From the human T2T-CHM13v2.0 reference genome, Homo sapiens, in NCBI RefSeq assembly GCF_009914755.1, contig NC_060939.1: DNA of 64,000 nucleotides. The stretch is one strand, 5' to 3'. The notes under the pieces are model-generated. The model did no database searches, was not told the origin of the DNA, and saw only the letters and a list, made by a program, of their open reading frames with translations. The first letter of the stretch is position 1. Each line of letters opens with the position of its first letter. The translations under genes were made by a program, and so were the position numbers. Shown here one piece after another: positions 14,300-27,755 of the stretch.

Positions 14300-15620
14300 A
14301 GACTACCTGTTCTTTCCTTGATGGAGTGATAGTTATAGGGTTAATCTCCTGCTATAAACAATTATAGAACTGGATTAAATATTTGAAGCAACTGGTTTCA
14401 GATATTGAACAATAGGTAGTGCAAGGCTTTGATCCTTGAGCAAATGGAAATACTCAAGGAGAGCTCAACATTCACCCTGGATTTCTGGCTGGTGCTTGTT
14501 CCAAACAATTGCACAGGGAATTGGAACAAGCAGAAAGTAACTGTCCTTCTGGGTAGAAGAAACAGAGATCAGAGTTTGGGGATGCTGCAAGGCTGAAATG
14601 TACAGAGTATGGTACTGGAGAAAACATATATTCAGAGAAGGAATTTTATAAATCTGCATAGGTACCCCTTAACTCTTGGCTTAATACTAAACTATACTGG
14701 CATGGCATGCAATTTCTTCAGTTGTGACAGAGAAATGCTGCAGGGCACCACAAGCTGAACTAGTATTTTAGATATCATTCAGTTTTGAGAGATGTTAAAC
14801 TTCTGATCAGGCAGCTTTGGGCATCTCAGCCACGCATTTAGCTGAGATGCCAAAAACTCTGTCTTCGAGTAGGGTTACACCTTATTTTAGAATAAGGGTT
14901 ACTCTGGACCTATACTAAGAAGTACTAACAGTAAGCCATGGCAAGATCAAGCTTATCTTCCAGTCAATTACCTGCCAGAATAAACCTTAACATTCTTTAA
15001 TGGAACACACAAAAAATTAGGTTCTCAACTATATAACATATACAATGTCTAGTATACAAAGAAAAATTACTAGATATGGGAAGAAATAAGAAAGTGTGAG
15101 CTACAACCAGAAGAAAAACCTGACAAACAGGAAAAGGCTGGGATAGAAGATATGTTGGAGTTAGCAGGCAAGGACTTTAAAAAGTTATAGTATGCCTGAA
15201 ATTTAAAGAAAAAGATAACACAATGAGCAAACAGATTGGGGAATATTGATGACATTAACAGCAGATTGGATTATGTAGAAAAAAAATCAATGGACTTAAA
15301 GACATAGCAACAAAAACTATAAAGCATAACACACAGAGGGAAACTTGCTGAAAAAAATATGAGAGAGTGCATTGGTGACTCATGGGACAATAATAAGCTG
15401 TTTAATAGGATTGTACTTGGGGTCCAGGAGGAATAGGGGAGACATTAGGACAAAAAGAATTTGAAGAGATAATGGCCAAGAATTTTCCAAATTTGATGAA
15501 AAAGAGCAACTCACAAGTCTGAGAAGTTCAATAAACACCAAGAAGGATAAACTCTAAGAAAACCATCTCTAACCATAAAATAATCAAAATGCTAAAAACA
15601 GCAAATACATAGAAGATTTT
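14300..15620 (+). mobile_element. Old L1M 5' end and ORF1 remnant
   Basis: gaagagataatggccaagaattttccaaatttgatgaaa (EEIMAxNFPNLMK ORF1 motif). Confidence 0.8.
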
Positions 15621-15645
15621 AATTCTTATGAATTATTTTTAGTAC

Positions 15646-16278
15646 TTTCATAGTCCATTTAGTGTTGCTAAGGAACACTTAAGGCTGAGTAATTTAATTT
15701 ATTAAAAAAAGAGGTTTATTTGTATTACAATTCTGCAGGCTGTACAGCAAGCTTGACCAGCCTGCAGCCTGCAGGCCACATGCAGCCCAGGATGGCTTTG
15801 AATGCAGCCCAACACAAATTCATAAACTGTCTTAAAACCATATGAGTTTTGTTGTTTTTTTTTTTTTTGCAATTTTTTAAAGCTCATTAGCTATCGTTAG
15901 TGTGTTTTCTGTATGGCCCAAGACAATCCTTCTTCTTCCAATGTGGCCCAGGGAAGCCAAAAGATTGGACACCCCTGCTATACAAGAAACATGGCACCAG
16001 TGTCTGCTTCTGTTAAGGGCTTCAGGCTGGTTCCACACATGGGGAAGGTGAAATCAAGCTGCTGTGTACAAGAAAGGGGGAAGATGCTAAGATATTTTTC
16101 AACAACCAGCTGTCATGAAGATGAATAGAGTGAGAACTCACTATTGTAAGAATGGCAGCAAGCCATTTATGTGGGATTTGCCCCATGATCCAAACACCTC
16201 CCAATAGGCCCCACCTCCAGCATTGTGGATCACATTTCAATATGAGGTTTGGAGGGGTCAAATATCCAAACTATAGCA
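15646..16278 (-). mobile_element. MST-family MaLR solo LTR, interrupted by MER30
   Basis: Perfect 5-bp TSD AGTAC at 15641-45 and 16279-83; ends atccaaactatagca. Confidence 0.9.
15748..15977 (-). mobile_element. MER30 hAT-Charlie MITE nested in the MST LTR
   Basis: caagcttgacca...gattggacacccctg; 8-bp TSD ctgtacag/ctatacaa. Confidence 0.92.
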
Positions 16279-16929
16279 AGTACTATTTATTTTTTTCATA
16301 TTATATTTATTTATACCACATGCATTAATATTAATCACTATGCTTTGTAGTATGTATTAATATCATATTCCTATGCTTTGTATTTTTTCTGCAAAATTAA
16401 TCTTAAGTTATTTTTGGCCTTTGCTGTTTCATATCAATGATATGAAAATGCCAAAAATAAGATTAATTTTGCAGAAGATATACAACTTATCAAAGCTTGT
16501 CAAGTTCCACAGAAATTTTGTTATTATTCAGTTAGTGGTGTTTAGGAAGAGTATGAAGTTTTGTATATTAATCTTATTCTCTATAATCGGTCATAATATT
16601 TTGCCAATAGATTAACAGCATCTAAATAAGGAGAATAATCTAAATCTTTCAAATGCTTAAAATGTATTTCTTTTTCATATCATTGTATTGGCTGGCAACA
16701 ATACCTGTTTGTATTTGTACTCATCATGGCTTCTTTGGGTAGACACTTACATAATTCTAGCTTCTAAAACCATCCCTAAAATGTGAAGCAAAAAACCTGA
16801 ATAACAACAACAAAAAAACCTGGAAGGCCATAAAGATCATAAAGAAAAGACTTGGAATTAATGAACTGTTGAAAAACTGGGAACCTTCGTCTTGTCCTTC
16901 ACTGCATTAAAGATCATTCTAAAGTTTCA

Positions 16930-17700
16930 TCCTTTAGTTTGGTGATATCTGTAGGTTTTGATAGAAATGCGTAATCCAGCTGCTTTTGGGATTTTGTCTT
17001 TGTCTTCAGTTTGAGCTGTTTTACTATAAAGTTTCTAGGTTTGGTTGTCTTTAGGTTAATCCTGATTGGTTTTAACAGAGTTTCTTGAGTCTATGGCTTG
17101 ATGCCTTATTTCTGTTTTAGAAGTTTCTTAGGTGTTATGTATTCAAATATTGCTTCATACTTCTCCATCTTTCTGGTTCTTTAATTACATGTACATTAGA
17201 ACTTTCCACTGTGTCCCATACATTTTAATACTCAGTGTAATTCATCTCTTGATTTGAATATACTAGTTCTTTATTCTTTGTTAAACTCATCTTCTGAATT
17301 AATTTAGTTTTAGCCAATATTTTCTCAGTTCTGAAATTCCTTTGATTCTTTCTTATAAATACCAGTTCCCAGGTAAAATTCTGCACCTACTTCTTGATTG
17401 TGTTAATTATATTAATTATAGATTTTTCGGTGTCCTTGTCTAATTGTTTTAATATCTGCTTCACATTTGAGTCTATTTCTGTTGTCTGTTTTTGCTCATG
17501 TGTTCTTGTTCTTTTCATGTTTGGTAATTTTCATTGAATGCCAGGCATTGCTTGTAAAACATTTTAGAGTCTCTGGATGACGTTATCTTCCCACATTAAG
17601 AATTTAACATATTTCTGTTGGCCAAGCAGGATATTGGCCAATAACCATGATTTAATCAAAGTTGAGTTTCAGGACTTATTAGGCCTTATCTATTTTTGAT
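16930..17700 (-). mobile_element. Old L1ME ORF1-region remnant
   Basis: T-rich antisense L1 motifs (gtttgagctgttttactat, gtatttcaaatattgcttc-like). Confidence 0.6.
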
Positions 17701-17887
17701 TTGACCTTAGTCCTGTATGATGTACTAAGATTTTATTTCCATTTTTTCCCAGACTGGTGAAAGATAGTAAGCTAGTCTTAGAGTGATAGTCTAACAATTT
17801 TCCCCAGAAATATAAAGTCTGGTTGTATTTGTATTGATTGTAGTCCCTGAAACTTAGATTCTTAAGTATTTTATAAACTATGGTGAT

Positions 17888-18229
17888 TGATATAGTTTGG
17901 CTGTGTCCCCACCAAATCTCATCTTGAATTGTAGCTGACATAATTCCCACATGTTGTGGGAGGGATGCGGTGGGAGATAATTGGATCATGGGGGTGGTTT
18001 CCCCCATACTGTTCTTGAGGCATCTGATTTTTTTATAAGGGGAAACCCCTTTCACTTGGTTCTCATTCTTTCTTGTCTGCTGCCGTGTAAGATGTGCCTG
18101 ATGCCTTCCACCATGATTGTAAGGCCTCCCCAGCCACGTGGAACTGTGAGTCCATTAAGCCTCTTTTCCTCAGTAAATTACCCAGACTCAGGTATGTCTT
18201 TATCAGCAGCGTGAAAATGGACTAATAGA
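17888..18229 (+). mobile_element. THE1B/C MaLR solo LTR
   Basis: tgatatagtttggctgtgtcccc...aaatggactaataga. Confidence 0.92.
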
Positions 18230-18466
18230 GTGCCCCAATAACTTCACAGATCATGTACCAAATGTGGGAATAAGCAAACTTGGAAGGCCATAATGACCAT
18301 AAAGAAATGACTTTGAAACCTGGACTTCTTGGAATTTATGGACAAACAATGTAGTAATTTGGATGGTTATGATCCCAACTTGAGACTATTTGTTATATCT
18401 AGATTTACTATTTTTTGATTACATATATTAATGTCACAGCACAATAAAATAAACGAACTAACTGTA

Positions 18467-19000
18467 CAGTTGACCTTTGAACAACACAGGTTTGAACTAT
18501 GCAGGTCCACTTATATGTGGATTTTCTTCTGCCTCTGCCGCCTCTTAAAGAACAAGATAAATCCCTCTTCTTCTTCCTCCTCCTCAACCTACTAAATGTG
18601 AAGACCACAAGGATGAAGAACTTTATCATGATCCACTTCCACTTAGTGAATAGTAAATGTATCTTCTCTTTCTTATAATTTAAAAATAACATTACTTTTC
18701 TCTAGCTTACTTTATTGCAAGAATACAGTACATAATTCATACAACATATAAAGTATGTGTTAATTGACTGTTCATATTATCAGTAAGGTTTCTAGTCAAC
18801 AGTAGGCTGTTAGTATTAGGTTGGTGCAAAAGCAACTGCAGTTTTTGCCATTACTTTTAATTACTTTTAATGGCAAAAACTGCAGTTACTTTTGCACCAA
18901 CCTAATAGTCAAGTTTTTTGGGAGTCAAACGTTGTAAACACGTTTCTGCCTGTGTGGCAGATCTGCACCCATTATCTTCACATTATTCAGGAGTCAACTG
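18467..19000 (+). mobile_element. Tigger2a non-autonomous DNA transposon
   Basis: TA-flanked TIRs cagttgacc...gagtcaactg; internal gatccacttccactta. Confidence 0.9.
18816..18905. mobile_element. MADE1 (Hsmar1 MITE) nested in Tigger2a
   Basis: ttaggttggtgcaaaag...cttttgcaccaacctaa with TA TSD. Confidence 0.96.
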
Positions 19001-20039
19001 TATATTATAAAACCTTGGGACAACATAGGTATCCAATTTAAGTACTTTTCCTCAGACAAGCTTTAGAATGCTCACATTAGATACACATTTGCACATTTCC
19101 GAAGTTACTAGTTCATCTTTTGGCTCTCAGAGAGAGCCTCTAGCAAAGACTCATTTCAATGTTTCTTGGTGGCATACAGTCCAGATGTGAGCCACCACCA
19201 GCTGAACATCCTGAGGGCTATAAAGCGCACTGTGTTTGTTTTGTTTTGTTTTTTGTTTGTTCCTAATTCTTGTTTATGGTTTTGCCAAGGCGTGATCTAA
19301 GCAATCTTTTTCAGTCACAAAATTGCTGTTGTGTTTCCTCTATAATATGAATAATTTGACTGCAGGCATGCAGGCTGTCTGGTTATGGTTAATTTCAGTC
19401 TCTGACTATTGAAGGTGCTCTGCCCTAGTGTGGCAGTCTCTTCTCATGAATTCTCAGACACTTGTTTCATAGGAGGTGAAAATTCCAAGCCCCCAGCCAG
19501 AAGGCTGAAGAATAATGGAGAAGATGAGATGACACAGACCAGCGTACATCCAGGGAAACAGCTCTGGCTGGGCTGGAGTGTTAAGGTGGTGAGCTACTTA
19601 GAGAACGAAGTATATCAACTCCCTGATTTTATCCAGCTGCTCGCCAGCTCCAGATGGACAGAAAGAGTTTGATCTCTCCCTTCTCCATTTAGACAAACAA
19701 TACATTATTAGAAATAAACAATTATTCTGAAATGTGCATAACAGCTGCAGGTTGGATGCAATTGTGATAAGCAGAAGAAAAGAAAAGCCTGAAATGAAGC
19801 CTTAAAAGAAACCTAGAGAATATTCAGATTCCACAAAATAGAGACGATTCACAAACTAGAGACAATTCACTTTGGCAGCATCCTTTGAGCTGCTTGGCAG
19901 TTTTAATGCTGAATCCTTATCTTTATAAGCATATTTTTGCCATTGCTGTTACTTTATAATCTCTCTTCTCAAGAAATTTTATATGCTTTGTTCTGGAGAT
20001 CATAGCTGGCAACAAGCCATGAGGGAGGAGCTCATGGAG

Positions 20040-20041
<2 letters not shown>

Positions 20042-20080
<39 letters not shown>

Positions 20081-20084
20081 CGTG
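20042..20084. repeat. (GT)n(GC)n microsatellite with Z-DNA potential
   Basis: 43 nt of alternating purine-pyrimidine. Confidence 0.95.
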
Positions 20085-20689
20085 AGCTATCACCTCCTCT
20101 TTTGTTAATTCTCAACTCCTTTTCTATTAGTACTTGAAAAACTTAGTCACATGAACAAATGAGTTAAAGTAATTTTTCTTGTTCTTGAGAAAACAAGCTC
20201 ACCTATTACACTATGAATTTAATTTCTTTTTTTTTTCATTTTAAAAAGGCAGACTTCTGAGAGACCTTGCTTGGAAGAAACTAGAAAGTCTAGTTTTTAT
20301 TTCAAATTTGCATGAACCACATAGAGAATATATTAATTCTGTTGAAATCACTTTCTTTTTGGATCTGTCTGGGATAGATGAACTTGATTTAGAGAGCCAG
20401 AGGCACTGGGTGACTTTCAGATGTACTGCATGACTTTCCCAAGGCAATTTCCCTGGTTAGATAGAAACCGTGGATTCTCTTTTCTGTTGGTTCCCAATCC
20501 GAGGTCGTTGTCTGCTTCCCCTCAGCTCTTTATTTTATTCCAGCAGAGCTACAAATGAGAAACCCAACCCATTCAATAGCTCTGAACGAGGTCACTCTGC
20601 TCACTCTGCTGTTTAAAATAAATAGATGTCCTCTCCCTACCCTAAGGTGGGGCTGAGCTGTCCTCAGTTTAGGGAGACAGTTTCTCTAG

Positions 20690-20870
20690 GGCAAAGATTT
20701 TTTTAGACTTTTTTGTTAGTTGACCTAACCATCCATTGAGAATTGGATGGATAAATGGATTATCTCCCTTCCCCCCAACAAATACACACATTCCAAAATT
20801 AGCATCCAATATTGCAGAAATTATGAAGCATCTTGGAGATATTTCATGTACACCAAGTAAAGAATCCCTG
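20690..20870 (-). mobile_element. MER103-like hAT remnant
   Basis: Ends taaagaatccctg; internal cattgagaattggatg resembles recalled MER103C. Confidence 0.5.
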
Positions 20871-21939
20871 TGTTAGTGGCATGTGGATAAATGTTCAAAG
20901 CAGGCTTTGGAGACATACAAACATGGGTTTAAAATCCAATTCTGCTACTTAGTAACTTGAGACTCTAGACAAAAATACTTAAAATCTTGTTGCATCACTT
21001 TTCTCATCAATAAAATGAAGATTATAGTATATACCTAATGGATTAGTTATGGGGGATATCCAAGTGCCATATAAACCATGAGAAATGAAAACAGGAATCA
21101 CAATCTGTAATCCTGCACTATGACTCACAAAACAGATAAAATGCTTCAAATGATGACATGCAACAGAACGATCAAAACTCCAGTTGTTGGAATACCAGTA
21201 CCTTCAGACTCGTATGTTCTAAGCTTAGAGCATAAAAAAACCGTTTTAACAGTAACTCTGCAGGAATCCATGTGTTTCAAAGATAGAACCATTGCTCATT
21301 CCAGCAAATCATCTGATTTATAAGTTCTGAATAGTCCCTGCCCAGGTCTTGATTAATAATTATCCTAAAACCAGTCTATAACTTCCCTTTCTTAATTCCT
21401 CATTTGAGATACTATCATAGTTTACAACCATCCGTGGATTTCTTTAGTGGTCTTGGTATGTGGGCTTCCACTACCCCACATGCCGTATTTTCTATCTGAA
21501 AATAGAGCAGAGATTGTCTATTTTCTTCCTTCACCTAAAGCATGTTGAATTTGTTTACAGTTATCTTGGTTAGGGCCACCATCCAGAGAAGAAAAAGCAA
21601 GACTGAATGTGAGGCTGTCTAACGGCGGGTAAGAACAGGCTTGTTCTGCGAATTATACATTAATATATTTTTGCTTATTTTCTGTTGAGTTTTTGGTCTT
21701 TTTATTTCTAGGAACTCCTTGTACATCAGCATTATTAGCCCATCATCAATGATATGAGTTGCAGAATGTTTATTGAAAAGATGCACTGTCTTTTGACTTT
21801 GACTCCGTTTATGGATTTTTATTTGTTTTAGTTCATCTTTCAGAAGAACTTAATTTCATGTAGACAAACATATCGTGGTATTAATGATTTCTGCATTTTG
21901 GGTGGCATTACAAAGGTTTTCCCCACCAAGGATAAAGTT

Positions 21940-22630
21940 CATTGTGAAAAAAATAGGTGAATACAAATGGCAAGAATCAATTTTTAAAATAAGAGCTAAC
22001 AGTGCGGATAGTACTACCAGGTATAAAAACAATTTTAAAGATGTGGCAATGGCACATAAAGAGAGACTGATGGAATATAAAGAAATAGGAAAAAAAATTA
22101 CAATAGGAAACTAAAAGCAAAAACGTATAGGAATTCACTATTCAATAAAGGTAGCATCTGAAACCAATAGGAAAAATATGTCCATTTCATAAAGTAAACT
22201 AAAACAATTGGGCCACATCTGGAAAAAAGCTGGAGCTTTACTGTGGATAAATTTCAAATGGACCAAAGATTTAAATGTGAAAAATCCCTTACAAGTCTAA
22301 AAGGAAAGAGGGGGAGAATTTGTTTATATACTTAATTTTTCTTTACCTGGAATAGTGGATACTTGTTAGTTACCTGCCTTCCCAGCATAATTCCATTTGT
22401 ATAAAATGTCCAAATTGTATATAAATATATAAATACAGAAAGTACACTAGTGGTTGTATGAGACTGGCAGTGGGAACTACGATTGACTAAATGTAAGCGG
22501 GCATGAGGCATCTTTCGGGGGTGATGAAAATATTCCAAAACTGTACTGTGGTGATATTATAATTATTGAATTGTATATTCTAAATGAGTGAATTTTATGA
22601 TATGCAAATTATACTTTAAATTGTTAAAAT
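21940..22630 (+). mobile_element. Old L1M ORF2 and 3' UTR fragments
   Basis: attccatttgtataaaatgtcca...ggggtgatgaaaatattccaaaact L1MB/MC 3' end. Confidence 0.75.
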
Positions 22631-24100
22631 CAAGTATGATTTACTGACAGCTATTCTTGGGCAGAATAAACCTAGAACCATGCTCACACCAAGGTCTCTC
22701 AATATGTCAAATGACCGATTCTCCCCAGGATTAGGACTTGGGAAGAATAGAGGTAACTCTGATGAATGAATAAAGAAGACAGAACTAGAAGAAAGGGAAA
22801 ATTGTCTTCTGAAGCTCTAACCAGAGCTTCCTTTTGTTATCTTGCTTCCTGCAGGAACTGGCAACCTCTGTTGAAAACGGCATCCTAGCTTTCTTCCACA
22901 GATGGTGACCAGAACAGCCTGTCTCATTGCTGAACAATCACCAACATCCCTTACTGACCTCAGCCCAGTTGTTGCCCCTCTTGTTTAATTGGCCTTACAT
23001 GGAAGCACTTCAACTGAAAGCATGTCATTTTTTAGGGAATTGTGCCAAAAAGCAATTAATTTCAAATACACAGCTTTTATATTTGATGCTGCAGTTTCTG
23101 TCTGAGGCAACATTTATTTATGTTCCTGTTGGAGGGAGATAACACACCAGCTGAAGGAACAAGCAGATGCAGACCCATGGGAATCACATTGTTGTTGGTC
23201 TAACTCTCCTCTTGGCTTTGGCATCCTGCAGCTGTGGCTGCCTTTACAAAATGGTAGCAATCAACTCTACCCAGGGACTGTGGCTCTTGTTTCTTTCTTT
23301 TTAAAAATTTAATTTATTACACTGGTTTATAATCTGGATAGAACTCTGACAACTGTGGGAATATTCCCATGAAAGCCTACATGCAAAGGGATATTATTCA
23401 AATTCCATGGGGATTTTCCTACCCATCTCAACCATGGCTCTGCAAAAAACCATGCTATTTGTTCTGTTTATATCTCTCAGGAGCCTACTAAAGTTTCATG
23501 TACTCCAATATGTTTCTAAATCTATGTTTCATTATGCTCTACTAGGATTCTGTTGCTTTCACTTAAAGTTGTAAGGATATCACAGAGAAAGAGTGTCCCA
23601 GAGGGATAGCCACACAGCTGGGTGGGAGCTGAGACACTTGGGGCATTTGATATACCATTTGAGTGGTGGGGTGGGCAGCACCAGGGAAGTGTATCTAACA
23701 CAGCAGCACTGTCCCTTGCTGTCACTCCTTATGGCTTGTGTGAGAGCTGATGGTGTAGGTCCAGAGGGGGCTAAAGGGTCCTTGTCCTGTGAGCATGCAC
23801 TATGCAGAGTTTTGCAGTTCTGCTTAGAAGAGAGCAACTCTTATGTTGGTTTGGCCAATGTCTTTCTCCTGGTCACCTAGCTTTCACTTTTCTCCTTTGT
23901 GCAGGTGAAGCCTACTGTTACTATTTGGCTAAAATAAGCCACATAGCTTGTGTTGAAGAATCTTTTTTATTTCTTTAAGAAGAATTTGGTGCCCATGAAA
24001 GTGATCAAAGTTTTTTGTTCTCCAGTGACATCAAGCAGGAGAAAAGGATATACTCTCCATTGGTGAGTCCTTAAATAGTCTAATCTCATTTCAGCAAATT

Positions 24101-24188
24101 CCTTCCTTCCTACTTCTATTCTTCCCTCCCTTCTTTCATTTTTTCCTTCCTTCCTACTTCTATTCTTCCCTCCCTTCTTTCTTTTTTT
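24101..24188. repeat. 44-bp pyrimidine-rich tandem duplication
   Basis: Units at 24101 and 24145, nearly identical. Confidence 0.95.
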
Positions 24189-24337
24189 CCTTCCTTACCT
24201 TAGACAACCTAAGCAGTAAATAAAAAATCACAACCAGCAAGAAAACAAACCAGAAGAGCAATCCTTCCTTACCTTAGACAACCCTAAGGAGTAAATAGAA
24301 AATCACAACCAACCAAAAAACAAGCCAGAAAAGCAAT
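24189..24337. repeat. 74/75-bp tandem duplication
   Basis: ccttccttaccttagacaacc...agcaat at 24189 and 24263. Confidence 0.95.
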
Positions 24338-26375
24338 ATGTAAGATCACAATACAGGTGGCCCACAGGCTTGAATATTGTTATTAAAGTTGAATTGAAAA
24401 TTTGTCTTTGAGGTTCTTAGGTCCAAGCAAAAGAGAATAATCACAGTTGCATGGGTCCCTTTGACCACATAGAAAAGTAAAACTATTCTTGGCACTTATG
24501 CTGAAAATTCCCATCTGTGACTCTATAGGTTATAAGAGCCCAGGCAGCATGTAGGGTATGTAAGGAAATGACTGTATTAAAAAAAGATATTGGTTTTAAC
24601 AACTTTGATTCTGTAGTATTCTCAGGAAATGTTGAGGATACATGTAACCTAGTAGGAGTACTGTGAGAGCCTGGGCAGTTTTCTGCAAGTTAATGTGGCT
24701 TCTTGATGGCTTAGTTTAATCTACAGGTGTAACACAGTTATTTCAAACTCTCCAGTGTAAATATGGATTATCTTGGCAAAATCTTTTTTTTTTTTTTAAT
24801 CAGGCAGCAGATAGCTCAGAGATATGTCTTCTGTCAAATACCATTGTGGCATAATTTCTCTTCTCCCCAACCTCCTACCAATTTGCTGCAGAATCTAAGT
24901 ACATAATAAGCCTGAAACTATAAGATGTGCTATAAAGTTCTTAAATGGTAAGAAGTAAAACATCATTGAAAAGTTGGCTTTACCTTAGAAAAAATGAGGA
25001 GGTGCTGGGATTTCTGGGTGTCTTCGATGAATGCTGGTTGCCTCCTTGTGACAAATGCAGTTGGGAGTCCAGCTCTGCAGGGCTTTCATTGATTTTGTGG
25101 AGGGGTGACTGCTGTTTGCCACTTCAGAGCCCAGGTGAACCATCTATATTCATTAAGCCTGCTGGCATGGTGGAGAAAATGGATACATCATACTGTCTTA
25201 GGTCGAAATATCTGGGATCGGAATTTTAAGTGTTCTAGAAAACTCTGGCTGATACCTGCACTTCTTGTCTTCTATAACCAGTATTCAATATGGGCCATCC
25301 AGCTTCTTTATTGAGATTTGATCACTTAGCTTTCCATCAGTAACTCATTTTGACATATGATTGAAGAAGTTACCTTGCCAAATATCATCCAGAATCAATT
25401 TTCAGCAACTTGGGACATTTTTCAGCCTGGTCATGAATTAAGACTCATGCTCTTTTGTCTGACCGTAAACTTTACTCAACACGTGGAAGCTGCTCCCCAA
25501 TTTCTTAGTACATAGTCGAGCTTCCCTCCTCCGCTATACCTGAGCATGGAGCCAGCTGTGTTTGAGACTGATTAATGAAGATTAAAATAGAAGAATCTTA
25601 TCCAGTGTGAGTCAGTAGAGCAAGAGATTGAGCACACGGTGAGGGGTGTTAGAATCAGAAGGGTAGAGGGGAAAGAAAGAGAGCTAGGGACAGTTAGGAC
25701 AAAGCAAGCAAAGAAGAGGGTTTGAGTAAGAAGTGTCTTGAAGAAATAGTAGCTGTTGCTCATGATTATGTTTTACCTGTGAAATTCAGATAATAGTTTT
25801 GAGGTATTAAAGCAATGACTTTTTGCTCCCCCCAAATCTCTAATAGAGTTGTGTCCCACACATTTCCTGACCAATTGACTCAATAATGTTCATTATTTGA
25901 AGGAATGGGCCATACTGCTTAGAACAAGTTCAGAATTTCATGTGATATTTTGAGACTCATTGATGCCAAAGCTAAGCACAAAATTCACGTTTTATTAGTT
26001 TAAAAAGTTTTCTAAATTCTAGAAGCTTCCCTTTACCTATTGAGTAAAGCCTTGGGGATCTGTGCTAGTGAGGTTGAGGAGATATAAAGACATTGAGTTT
26101 ATGATTTAAGTGAAGTCTCTACCACACAGAAAGGGAAAACAGAAAGGCCTTCTAGCCAGTTTTGGGTAGAACGGTAGCTTAAGGGAGAACAGGAGAACAA
26201 GGAAGTCAGACTGAACAAAAGCATGATTCTGAAGAGCCTGGACAGGCAGAGAGACCCAGTCTATTATCAAAAAGAAAAGAATCCCTCCTTACTTAAAATT
26301 ACCCAGGAGTCCAGAAAGTGTGCTTTTTATATTAGTATAGATACATGCAGAAACACCTGTATAAAATATATATGC

Positions 26376-26776
<401 letters not shown>

Positions 26777-27134
26777 TCAGCGTTAGTTTCCCTTGTACCT
26801 ATACAAAGGGGCTGCTCTCAGGTAATGTGCACCCGTCTCTCTATGCTCACACAGCAGCTCCCTCCAGAAAGCTACTAGACATTTCGTACCAAAACTAATG
26901 GTAGACCACATGCACCAGAATGAGGAAACACAGTCAAAAGCATCTATATTATTTGACAAGCATCTAGAGCATACATAAATAAATTATATTGGGAAAAACA
27001 GGCATTGAGTGATTAGCAAAGATTCTCAACCCTTGTACTGTATACTTAATTGGGGAGTTTTAAAACACTGATATATAGTCCCCACTCAGAGATTTGAGTA
27101 ACTGGTCTGGCCAGGCACTGATACATATGGTTAA

Positions 27135-27755
27135 AAATATTTTACTTTGTACGTTAGATAATTCCAGACTTACAGAAAAATTGTAAGAATAACACCAAAG
27201 ACTTCTGATTATCCTTCATCCACATTCCTCAGTAGTTATTTTTTTTTTTTAATTTTTGAGACGGAGTCTCACTCTGTTGCTCAGGCTGGAGTGCAATGGC
27301 ACAATCTCTGCTCACTGCAACCTCCCTCTGCCTCCTGGGTTCAAGCGATTCTCCCGCCTCAACCTCCTGAGTAGCTGGGATTACAGACACGTACCACCAC
27401 GCCCGGCTGATTTTTTGTATTTTTAGTAGAGATGGGGTTTCACCATGTTGGTCAGGCTGGACTCGAACTCCTGACCTCAAATGATCTGCCTGCCTCAGCC
27501 TCCCAAAGCGCTGGGATTACAGGCGTGAGCCACTGTGCCTGGCCAGTTGTGAAAATCTTAACACATTTACTTTTAAAAAAATTCTTTTTTTCACTCTATA
27601 TGTGTTTGAGTACATTATTTTTTATGAAACATTTGAGAGTAAATTGCAAGTATGTTGTCCCTTTTCTCTTACTTTATATTTCCTATGAATGAGGACATCT
27701 TCCTACATAACAACAGTACAGTTATAAAAATCAAGACATTAACATTGATACTATT
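27135..27755 (-). mobile_element. L1MC4/5-type 3' end, interrupted by an Alu
   Basis: agacttacagaaaaattg...catttgagagtaaattgca...aggacatcttcctacataac. Confidence 0.75.
27239..27544 (-). mobile_element. AluS (Sq/Sp-like)
   Basis: Antisense full dimer with gagtgcaatggc and ttggtcaggctgg. Confidence 0.95.

Noticed and set aside
21070-21470. Possible old ERV LTR
   Set aside because: I could not define termini or assign a family.
22855-22960. Good + strand acceptor cttgcttcctgcag|
   Set aside because: No convincing donor follows it.
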